The notes under the pieces are model-generated. The model did no database searches, was not told where the DNA came from, and worked only from the letters and a program-made list of their open reading frames with translations. A DNA stretch of 64,000 nt from Octopus vulgaris (Eukaryota): assembly GCA_951406725.2 (NCBI GenBank), contig OX597822.1:62806001-62870000 (forward strand), given 5' to 3'. The translations under genes and the position numbers were made by a program. Shown here piece after piece: positions 54,150-64,000 of this stretch (position 1 is its first letter; each line of letters begins with the position of its first letter).

Positions 54150-55306
54150 TGTATGTATATGTATGTATGCATGTATGTATGTGTGTACGTGTGTATTACG
54201 TAAAACGAAATTGAAAAGTAGTTATTCATAAAGGAAATTTTTAGTGGAATTGTCTCTAAGATATATGAAAAAGTACAGGATACATATGAGAAGGACGTAT
54301 AAAGTAATTGTGCAGCGTAAGCAAATTAGAGAGAGCCACCACGACACATTCAAAGTTAACAGTTACTCATGAGAAAATCCACGAAGAGAACAGCAACGAG
54401 ACATAATATCAATAATAAGCTGACATGCGTTTATAATCTATTGATATCTAGTAGGACACAATGAAATAGCACCAGCTGATGCTAATATAGACATGACAAA
54501 AGCCAATACTGGTGAGCTTTTTTAAAATTCATCAAAGTTTAATTTGATGTAAATTATAAGAATATAGACGAACAGCACCAGAGAGCAGATGCGTATCTTC
54601 ATATGCTTACAGTAACTGCTTATTCCCTTTTTAACTAATATATAGAAGGTAAACCACTTCAAGATATAATGTCAAATAAAATATAGAATATAAGAATGGC
54701 ACAGAGCAGGACACACGTGCTGTGACGTGCTAAAAATAACAGCTAATTCACCTTTAAATTTCAGTTTCTCATGTTAAAGTGGATAAATATACAAGGTAAA
54801 GTAATCTTTGATATATTACTAATGCAAAAAGATGAGATAGTCACGGCAGGAAAACCGACTTAATGATAACTGTGCAACAAACAGTCAATGTTTAAAACGA
54901 GCAAGTACAGAAACAATTTTTCAAGAATTTTAACGCTTAATTCTCATAGCGAGTGAATTATAATATTTTGAATATATTATATACATCACAAAACAATAAT
55001 GAAAGACTAAGCAATTTAGAAAATGAAAATAAGCAGGTGAACCAAGGAAAAAAATCTGCGAACAATGAACAGACCAAATAAATAAAATTTAGTAAAAACA
55101 AAAAAAAATACGATCAACGCAAGCAATAATAAAGATGAAGAACAGAATAAATGAATTTAAAGGATCTAGATACCAATTATTTAGTCTACTTAAATGTTTC
55201 TTGCCCAAAGCACCATAAAAGAGTGACTATATATATATATATATATATACACGCACAGGGAAAATATATACAGAGGGAGAGAAGCAGGAAGGTAGACAGA
55301 TGTATA

Positions 55307-55345
<39 letters not shown>

Positions 55346-55592
55346 TATGTATGCATGTATCTATGTGTGTATTACGTAAAACGAAATTGAAAAGTAATTA
55401 TTCATAAGGGCGGACTTCGGAGAGTTTTAGTGGAAAAGTCTCGATGGTTTAGACAATGTTGTAAATTAACATTAACACAAAACTGAACAGATCTTTCAGC
55501 GCCACGTGTGTTCTAAATACACACACACACATACACACAGCCAAGCCCATACACACGCTCACACATGTATCTACAATATATATATATATATC

Positions 55593-56099
55593 TAATGTAG
55601 GATAAAATTTTTTAGAAAAAAAATTTTATCAATGGCCAGCATATTAAAAAATAAATTAAATTATAAACAACTTATAAATAAGGGCAAACGAAAAAATTTC
55701 TAATGCCAAATATGCCGAAAATTGGACATATTGTCCATTTAGCATATAATTTTTTTTTCCCAGTACGCACGCTACTCGAATAAAGGTCGACAGAAATCTC
55801 TAAAAAAATTCCATTATTACCATATCGGACCGATTTCAGGGTTAGTTCATAAAGAACCCTCCCTTCGTCAGTGATACATGTGGCAAAGAGGTAAATGAGA
55901 TACTTACTCATACCCACGGAAGAAGCAAACACTAAGTCATGAGCACAACTAAGTACCCCAAATAAATCCAAAATAGAAATACTCCAGCCCATTCAAGACA
56001 CGTGCGATTTGAACTGAGGCACTCATAGAGTGGGAGTGTTTGCTTCATCCATGGGTATGAGTAAGTATCTCATTTACTTCTTTGCCACATGTATCACTG
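55593..56099 (-). mobile_element. pLTR/retrozyme-like element H3 with an inverted 65-bp arm
   Basis: 55869-55933 is the reverse complement of 56035-56099 (62 of 65 identical); hammerhead at 55822-55877; (TA)n on both sides. Confidence 0.65.
55822..55877 (-). ncRNA. Type-I hammerhead ribozyme fold
   Basis: GUAUCA-CUGACGA-AGGG..GUUC..GAAC..CCCU-GAAA-UCGG-UC-CGAUAU: canonical core, GUC triplet, one mismatch at the base of stem I. Confidence 0.68.
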
Positions 56100-56115
56100 T
56101 ATGTGTATATATGTA

Positions 56116-56266
<151 letters not shown>

Positions 56267-56327
56267 TATTTACATGCATGTGTATATGTATATATATGTG
56301 TGTGTGTAAATATATAGTTACACATAC

Positions 56328-56670
56328 AAGCTTGCTTCCTAGCCTCATGGCTCCAGGTTCAGTTCCACTGCGTAGCACCTTGGGCAGATGTCTTCTGCTA
56401 TAGCCTTGGGTTAACTAAAACATTGTGAGTGGATTTGTTAGACGGAAACTGAAAGAAACCCGTCATATATATATGTATATGTGTGTGTGTGTATTGGTGT
56501 GTCTGTGTTCGTCCCTCCACAATCGCTTGACAACCGATGTTGGTCTGTTTATATCTCTGCATTTTAGCGACTCAGCAAAAGACGCTGATAGAATAAGTAC
56601 TAGGCTTACAAAGAATAGGTGCTGGAGTCAATTTGTTCGACTAAAAGCGTTGCTCCAGCAACAAGGTAAC
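56328..56670 (+). mobile_element. SINE family A, diverged
   Basis: GGTTCAGTTCCACTGCGTAGCACCTTGGGCAG...GATAGAATAAGTACTAGGCTTACAAAG. Confidence 0.8.
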
Positions 56671-56979
56671 AGAAGTATAAGAGAAGAATATGTGCGTATA
56701 TATACATAGGTGTATGTACGTGTGTATATGCGTGTGTGTGTTTGCGCGCGCATGTGTGCAACTAGTGTCCTTTTGGTTAAGAAATGTTTTCTCATACCGA
56801 ATAAAAGCTTATAAAAATCTGAATAACAAATAATTTCTATCGAAGATATACACACAGAGACAGACAAACAGACAGACCTATTACAAATATGGAGGCAGCT
56901 GGCAGTATTTATTTGTGAAGCAATGATTCACTAAGAACACAGTATTTAGTTATAAAAGAAATTTACTGATATTAAAGTA

Positions 56980-57738
56980 CAGGGTATCCTCAGAAAATTG
57001 ACATCATGTAAAATGTGAATATCTGAGTAACTACATTTCTGAGGCAAACGAAATTAAATAGGTTTCATGTTGAACAACAAAAGATTCGATCAAAAATTTG
57101 ATCAAAGATTCGTTCAAAAATTTGATCAAAGGTTCGATCAAAAATTCGATCAAAGATTCGTTCAAAAGTTTTATCAAAGATTCGATCAAAAATTCGATCA
57201 AAGATTCGTTCAAAAATTTGATCAAAGGTTCGATCAAAAATTTGATCAAAGATTCGTTCAAAAATTTGATGACACATTCGATCAAAGATCCGTTCAAAAA
57301 TTTGATCAAAGGTTCGATCAAAGATTCGTTCAAAAATTTGATCAAAGATTCGATCAAAAATTTGATCAAAGATTCGTTCAAAAGTTTGATCAAAAATTCG
57401 ATAAAAAATTCGATAAAAAATTCGATCAAGAGATTCTGAGGAATGTAGGTTTTATAACCGATTTCACAAAGCTTCACAAGTGTTCAAAATGCGCACCGCA
57501 TGTGACACCACACACGTCAAGTTGGTAGTCCAGCTCCTGTCTGACACGCTGTTACATGTCTGGCGTAACATCCTCCAGCTTCTCAATGATTTTCTGCTCG
57601 AGCTTCTCCAGGGTTGTAGGAAGATAGGGGATATAGACCAGTCCTTTCACATAGCCTCGTAGAAAAACGATCATAAGGTGTCAAGTCAGGTGAATTTGGT
57701 GACTACGAAATGTTGTCAATTTTGGTGGGGACACCCTG
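56980..57738 (-). mobile_element. Internally deleted Tc1/mariner-superfamily element with both TIRs and TA target duplication
   Basis: TA-CAGGGTATCCTCAGAAAATTGACATCAT ... ATGTTGTCAATTTTGGTGGGGACACCCTG-TA; minus strand retains the transposase C-terminus SPNSPDLTP..GYVKGLVY...GAHFEHL*. Confidence 0.85.
57085..57430. repeat. 12-bp minisatellite TTYGWTCAAARR, about 29 units
   Basis: Alternating TTCGATCAAAAA, TTTGATCAAAGA and TTCGTTCAAAAA variants. Confidence 0.92.
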
Positions 57739-57922
57739 TACATATATTTACGGACCTCAAGTAATTATGATGAGTGTGTGTGCCTGTGAATGTTTATGGA
57801 TTTGCCTGCGAGTTTCTGAGTGTGTATTAAACCAGTTCCACATTACTGTCACTCAGTTAATTAATTCCAGGCGAAGATTTGTGTGTGCATTTTGTATATA
57901 TTTATTTGTGTCATCAATGTAC

Positions 57923-58008
<86 letters not shown>

Positions 58009-58021
58009 ATTTTTTTTATTT

Positions 58022-58172
58022 TAGTTTTTTTCAGTCAGTAGACTGCTGTCATGCGCCTTCTTGAATTTTCTTTTTTAAGCCTTGTACTTATTCTATCGGA
58101 TCCTTTTGCTAAACCGCTTTGTTACCGTGAAGTAAACACACCAACACCAGTTGTCAAACGGTGGTGAGAGAA

Positions 58173-58241
<69 letters not shown>

Positions 58242-58356
58242 GACAGGCTTCTTGCAGTTTCCGTCTACCAAATTCACTCACAAGTCTTTGGTCGGACTGA
58301 ACCCGAAACCATGTGGTTGGGAAGCAAGCTTCTTACCATACAGCCACTCCTACGCC
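58022..58356 (-). mobile_element. SINE family A, deleted copy
   Basis: Reverse-complement match to family A. Confidence 0.8.
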
Positions 58357-58367
58357 TACACACACAC

Positions 58368-58460
<93 letters not shown>

Positions 58461-58854
58461 GATAAGAGGGTTAATCTACATTCCACATCTTAATTTACTT
58501 CATATGTTAACAAACAGAAGTTTGTTTGTTGAAACCTTGAAATGTATAGGAGAACAAGTAGAAAAATATTGCATTTTTTTCATTACGTAAATACTGGTTG
58601 CCGGCAAATTTTTCTGCTCTTTAAAGGATTTTATCTCATATTTGCTGTTCAGTATCTACGTGTTGCAAAAAAGATGTATCTTTCAGCTTGTTCTACATTT
58701 TAGTATTAGCTTCACCGAACAAAATTTTGAATTTTGTAACTTACTTGAAAATAGGGCTTTTCCATGACGTAACTGAATTATTCACGAATGAAGAACATGT
58801 CTGAAACAGTTGTAGTGAACATTAAACCCGTCTATGTTTACACACACGCGCGCG

Positions 58855-58912
<58 letters not shown>

Positions 58913-58917
58913 CTCTC

Positions 58918-59333
58918 TCTTTTACTTGTTTCAGTCATTTGACTGTGGCCATGCTGGAGCACCGTCTTTAATCGAATAAATCGACCCCAGGACTTATTCT
59001 TTGTAAGCCTAGTACTTATTCTATCGGTCTCTTTTGCCGAACCGCTAATGTTGCGGGGACGTCAACACACCAGCATCGGTTGTCAAGCGATGTTGGGGGG
59101 ACTAGCACTAACACATAAACACACACACACACACACACACATACATACATACATATACATACATATATACGAAGGGCTGCTTTCAGTTTCCGTCTACCAA
59201 ATGAACTCACAAGGCTTTGGTCAGCCCGAGGCTATAGTAGCAGACACTTGGCCAAGGTGCCACACAGTGGGAATGAACCCAGAACCATGTGATTAGTAAG
59301 CAAGCTACTTACCACACAGCCACTCCTGCGCCT
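58918..59333 (-). mobile_element. SINE family A, full length
   Basis: Reverse-complement match to family A including the internal microsatellite. Confidence 0.88.
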
Positions 59334-59337
59334 ATAT

Positions 59338-59530
59338 ACTGAGAATTTATTAAAAAAAAACAAAAGACGAAGACGGGTGTGTAAACAACAAACATGTATT
59401 AGTTTAACGCTCGGGAAGTGAGAAAGTCTTTAACGTTTCGAGCCTACGCTCTTCCACAGGAATGAACACAGAAAGAAACAAGGAGAGAAAACAAATGTGT
59501 GTAGTGGTTCGCGATATATCATGGCGAATG
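59338..59530 (-). mobile_element. Hammerhead-like element family H1
   Basis: Minus strand CCTGTGGAAGAGCGTAGGCTCGAAACGTTAAAGAC; abuts a long (TA)-rich tract. Confidence 0.75.
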
Positions 59531-59728
59531 TATGTATGTATATATATGTATGTATGTATATATATATGTATGTATATATATGTATATATGCATATATATA
59601 TGTATGTATATATATATGTATATATATATATGTATATATGTATGTATAAATGTATATATGTATGTATATATACATGTATATATGTATATATATATGTGTG
59701 TGTATATATATGTATATATATATAGATT

Positions 59729-59804
<76 letters not shown>

Positions 59805-60084
59805 TGTATATATATGTATATATATATATATGTATATATATGTATGCATATATATGTATATATCTATACATGTATCTATGGATATATATATGTATATGTA
59901 TGTATCTGTGTATATGTATATATATATATATGCATGTATATGTATATATGTATTATATATACATATATATATACGTATGCATATATATGTGTGTATATAT
60001 CTAAAAATATATATATACATATGCGTATATATAAATATATATATATATTTGCGTTTATTATAAGATATGTATATATACATATGT

Positions 60085-60140
<56 letters not shown>
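59530..60140. repeat. Long imperfect (TA)/(TG) microsatellite
   Basis: Directly visible. Confidence 0.92.
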
Positions 60141-60675
60141 TCACACACAAAGAGGAAGTAAAAATACTCAATAAAGAAGGTTATATAGGTTGTGTGTGTG
60201 TGTAAACTGAGTTAATTTATTGTAATTAATAGCTTAATGATTAGGATGGGCGCATTATGAGGAAAATTTACTACGAGCTGTCATGATATTTTTCGATTTA
60301 TATATTCAAAGTCTGCTGAGGGAATAGGACATTTAAAATGAATGTGAGACGTTGTGACAGGCAGGAATCGTGTGAGCTCACCAAAATAAACAAAGCGTTA
60401 CAAAAGAAATAACTGATGCGAGGCTAAATTCATTGATTCACTTGTTTGTAAAGAAATAAATAAATATATACGAATATGTTTTTTTTATGAAAGCATTTAT
60501 GTAAATATGATGAAAATGTAGAAATAGTGAAGAATGCGAATATGATCAACAAAAAAAGTATTCTAAAAACACAACAGAATGGTAACAACAACAGCAGAAA
60601 TAAAGAAAATTATTTCTTTTATATGTAAATAATAATAATAATAATAATAACAATAATAATAATAATAATAATAAA

Positions 60676-61139
60676 CATGCCGCCTCATTGATATGACTGT
60701 TCCAATCGATATAAACGTATCTGTCAAGACCTACCAGAAACTGAGCAAATATAAAGATCTGGAAATAGAAATCAGCAAAATGTGGAACCTGAAGACTAAA
60801 ATAATACCTGTTGTCATAGGTGCCCTGGGAATGATAGCAAAAGTGGCTGATTACTACATAACTCAGATACCAGGAAACCCAAAAGTGGCAGAAAGATAGT
60901 ACTCATGGGAACTGCTCATATCCTACGTAAAATACTTTCTATGTAATCTCAAGTTTTAAAGCAAACATAATTTTCGTATGGTTTTTTTAGACATTCACTA
61001 ATACAACACTATGTACAAAGCCAAATATATGGCACCCTAGGCATAACAACAACATGAACTTCCAACCTGTTGTCTCTTGAGGTCTCTGGGTGAGACTTGG
61101 AGCCAGCTTGTGCAAATGTAAAGCAAAAGTCAAACATAA

Positions 61140-61140
<1 letters not shown>
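60676..61140 (+). mobile_element. R4/Dong-type LINE 3' fragment
   Basis: LIDMTVPID...KLSKYKDLEIEISKMWNLKTKIIPVVIGALG plus 3' UTR; (AAT)n on both sides. Confidence 0.88.
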
Positions 61141-61200
<60 letters not shown>

Positions 61201-61203
<3 letters not shown>

Positions 61204-64000
61204 TCTTTTTATTGGCTGACACACATGATTAGAAAACATAAAGGGATAAAACAGGACGAAAGGTTACAAAGGGTTTTGTCCGTTTGTGAAAAAATCGTGT
61301 AAAAACAGTGTAACAATCAAATAATATAACAACGAAAAACTCCCAATAGGGGGAGGCGCTTCGAAAGGTTCCTGGTGGAAAAAAACCCATAAAAGCCAAC
61401 GGGAGCCTGGTCAAAAGGAGGGTAGAGAGTCCCTTTTCTCCTTTTATAGTACCTTTTTGAATCACAGGCGAAACCTGAGAACTGGTCCATTTATACTGGC
61501 CATTCTCGCACAATTCACCCACCTTTCAGAAAACTTGCTATCGGACAGCACTCTCCTCTCTAACCTCATCTTCCTTTTCAAGTGAAACTTGAAAAAGTTG
61601 ATGAGGCCTTGACCAAAGAGGAAAGTGTCTGACTTTAGCCCTTTCAAACGGGTCCACCATACAACCTCTTTCGCCACAGCCACTAGGCACAAGAAAACGG
61701 CCTCGCCCTCCTTCTTAAAGGACGTCGGCGGGACAATCTTCACTATGGATTCGGCTGATAGCCGGATCCGTCCTACACGTGACAGTAGCTGTTCGACATA
61801 AACCCATAGTTCAGCAATACTCGGGCACTGGACGAGTGCGTGCAGAACGGTTTCATCCTGGCAACACCTCGGACAGGCCCGGCTGACGGCACTTCCGTAC
61901 CGGTAGAGATTATCCCGAACAGGCAGAGCCCCTCGGTAGCACTGCCAGGCGAGCGACCTCTGGAAATTATCCATTGGCCCCGGCCCGAAAGTCCTTCCGA
62001 ACAGACCGCTCAGTTCGTTATCGTCAACGCCTAGAGTTTCCCCGAGAACGTCGTCGCATTTTTCCTCCACTAACCCTCTATAGAACGCTAGAGTGGAGCT
62101 GAAACCGATCGCATTGCCCGCCTGGCGGAGGGCGGAGAGAGCTTGACGGCACTCGAGGTGCCAAGCGCCCTTTCTCGGTCTACGTTTGATCCAGGTCTGC
62201 AGCTCTGTCAAAGAGACGAGCTGCGGAAAGTCGCGTCTGACAAAAGACGACCACACCTGTTCACCGTCTAGGAAACGCTTGAGATGTCGCAGCCTGAGCG
62301 CATGTCTGCGCATCAGTAACCACGGCATTCCAAGGCCTCCGTTCAGCGGTCGTTGACAGCAGATGGATCGCCTGACCAGTGGCACCTGACCCTTCCACAA
62401 AAAGTCGAAGAGCAGGCGTACAAGCTTGGCCAACCAGCGGTTGGGACAAGGGACGACGGTCAAGCGGTAATAGATGACGGATGCGATGTACGCATTCGCC
62501 ACCTCCGCTCGACCTTTCAGGGACAGCTTCCTCTCGGCCCATTTCTGGGTGAGACGTGCCACCCTGCTCGTCACCTCTTCCCAGTTTTTATCCACCTGGA
62601 GGTCCGGACCGAACCAGACCCCGAGCAGTTTAACGGGTCCGTCTGTCCAGCGCCCTACGACGCTGTTGGACGGCATGGGCTTGCCTCTCCAGGTGCCCAG
62701 TTGCAAGCCCACAGACTTTTCCGCGTTAATCTTTGCCCCTGTCACCGCTTCGTACTCGTTTAGTGTCTCGCCAATCAGGCCAATGTGCCTGTGGCTCGAC
62801 ACCATCACGGTGACGTCGTCGGCATAGGCAGACACGCTGTTTCCGCCTCCTAGATCGCGCGGGATACCCCTCAAAGCCTCCAACTTGCGCAGTAATGGCT
62901 CGAGAGTCAATATGTACAAGAGGGAGGAGAGAGGGCATCCTTGGCGGACCGAACGCGAGATGTCGAACGGTTCCGAAACGTGACCGTTCACCCGTATCAC
63001 CGAGCTGTATAAAGCAGCGATCCACCCGCGGAAGACTGGACCGAAGCCGGCTGCCTTGAGAACAGCTGCCAGGTACCGATGGTCGACCCTATCGAAGGCT
63101 TTACTCTGATCTAAGTTGATCAAAGCCCCACCCGCGCCAGCGTCGTTACCCACCCTCTCTATGATGTAGCGCATGAGATGGAGGTTGTCGTGTATCGACC
63201 TGGTCGGCACGGCGCATGTCTGCGTCTTGCCGACCAGCTTGTCCACGACAAGCGCCAATCTCTTGGCTAGCACCTTGGCCAAAATCTTCAACTCTGCATT
63301 GAGCAGAGTGATGGGCCGAAAATTCCCTATAACGTCCCCCTTGTTTGGGTCCTTTTTTAGCAAAGCCACCACCCCTCGACAGACAAAAGCAGGAATTCTC
63401 CCGTTTTGCTGCCAGTTGCAGTAGACGTTTGCCAACAGGCCCGCAAACAAGTCTGGCATTGAAGTGTAAAGCTCGTAGGGCAGACCATCCAAACCCGGCG
63501 ATCTACCTCTCGTGCAACTCTTCATTGCTTCCTCCACTTCCCAGGCAGATATCGGTCCTTCGCAGCACTCTGCCTCGCTGTCCGAGAGTTGCGGTAGGCC
63601 GTCCAGGTACACACCGAAGTCTGCACCATTGTGCGTTCCACCGCTCGTCCCAAACAGTTGAGCAAAGTGCCGCTGAAACACCGTACACATCTGCTTCGGT
63701 TCGGTAACCTCGCGCCCGTTCTGGTCCACCAAAGACCGAATGGTTGCTTTGTTGCCTCGCTTCGCCTCCGCCACGCGGGCCCATCGAGCGGCTCTAGTCC
63801 CCTCCCCGCTTAGCGAACGTGCCTTAGCTCTGACAACGCAGCCTTCGTGTTTGGCGTCAAAGTGTTGGTCGAGGGCCAACCTTGCCGCCAACACGTTGGT
63901 CGCGATGCCAGTCTCAAGAGCCTCGTCTAGTTTCTTAACTAAATCCCGCTCTCTCTTCCTACGTTCAATAGCTAGAGTCTTACTAAACCTAATCGACTCT
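61201..64000 (-). mobile_element. L1/Tx1-clade LINE, continues beyond the window
   Basis: GC-rich block with intact ORF2 and a 260-bp 3' UTR ending GCCAATAAAAAGAATT, directly followed by (TTA)n on the sense strand. Confidence 0.92.
61462..63999 (-). CDS. LINE ORF2 (reverse transcriptase plus C-terminal zinc-binding domain), 5' partial
   Basis: SPGLDGLPYE, NFRPITLLN, LDQSKAFDRVDH, VRQGCPLS, AYADD, LSLKGR and CPRC..ETVLHALVQC; the frame stays open upstream of 63894 to the window edge (ESIRFSKTLAIERRK...). Confidence 0.93.
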   Translation of the reverse strand, partial: ESIRFSKTLAIERRKRERDLVKKLDEALETGIATNVLAARLALDQHFDAKHEGCVVRAKARSLSGEGTRAARWARVAEAKRGNKATIRSLVDQNGREVTEPKQMCTVFQRHFAQLFGTSGGTHNGADFGVYLDGLPQLSDSEAECCEGPISAWEVEEAMKSCTRGRSPGLDGLPYELYTSMPDLFAGLLANVYCNWQQNGRIPAFVCRGVVALLKKDPNKGDVIGNFRPITLLNAELKILAKVLAKRLALVVDKLVGKTQTCAVPTRSIHDNLHLMRYIIERVGNDAGAGGALINLDQSKAFDRVDHRYLAAVLKAAGFGPVFRGWIAALYSSVIRVNGHVSEPFDISRSVRQGCPLSSLLYILTLEPLLRKLEALRGIPRDLGGGNSVSAYADDVTVMVSSHRHIGLIGETLNEYEAVTGAKINAEKSVGLQLGTWRGKPMPSNSVVGRWTDGPVKLLGVWFGPDLQVDKNWEEVTSRVARLTQKWAERKLSLKGRAEVANAYIASVIYYRLTVVPCPNRWLAKLVRLLFDFLWKGQVPLVRRSICCQRPLNGGLGMPWLLMRRHALRLRHLKRFLDGEQVWSSFVRRDFPQLVSLTELQTWIKRRPRKGAWHLECRQALSALRQAGNAIGFSSTLAFYRGLVEEKCDDVLGETLGVDDNELSGLFGRTFGPGPMDNFQRSLAWQCYRGALPVRDNLYRYGSAVSRACPRCCQDETVLHALVQCPSIAELWVYVEQLLSRVGRIRLSAESIVKIVPPTSFKKEGEAVFLCLVAVAKEVVWWTRLKGLKSDTFLFGQGLINFFKFHLKRKMRLERRVLSDSKFSERWVNCARMASINGPVLRFRL

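Noticed and set aside
57085-57430. CRISPR-like array
   Set aside because: Units are contiguous with no unique spacers, the context is eukaryotic and there are no cas genes.
57031-57528. Repetitive ORFs on both strands (FDQK and LIKF repeats)
   Set aside because: By-product of a stop-free 12-bp array inside a transposon relic.
61840-63813. Plus-strand and alternative-frame ORFs over the Tx1 ORF2
   Set aside because: Shadow ORFs expected in GC-rich coding DNA; no recognisable motifs.

Overview
AT-rich, microsatellite-dense animal DNA. The SINE families look like those of Octopus (cephalopod), judged from recall and not from a database search. I found no confident host gene, so the window is probably intronic or intergenic, and nearly all short ORFs in the track are artefacts of microsatellites or SINEs. 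Mobile elements dominate. (1) At least nine fragments of R4/Dong-type non-LTR retrotransposons (RT plus restriction-like endonuclease), most embedded in (TAA)n. (2) A young, GC-rich L1/Tx1-clade LINE with an intact ORF2 running off the right edge. (3) Four tRNA-derived SINE types in many copies. (4) Decayed Tc1/mariner relics, one with a 12-bp minisatellite. (5) A Penelope GIY-YIG fragment. Two results stand out. First, several unrelated short non-coding elements, mostly set inside (TA)n tracts, carry type-I hammerhead ribozyme folds; these include a 399-bp unit with a 102-bp terminal redundancy, a family with a shared CUGUNGA core variant, a tRNA-promoter plus hammerhead cassette and an element with an inverted arm. 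Second, the long 3' tail of the commonest SINE aligns with the 3' end of the Tx1 LINE and both share (TTA)n polarity, which suggests a microsatellite-targeting LINE/SINE pair. All RNA folds and alignments were done by eye; boundaries of decayed elements are approximate.
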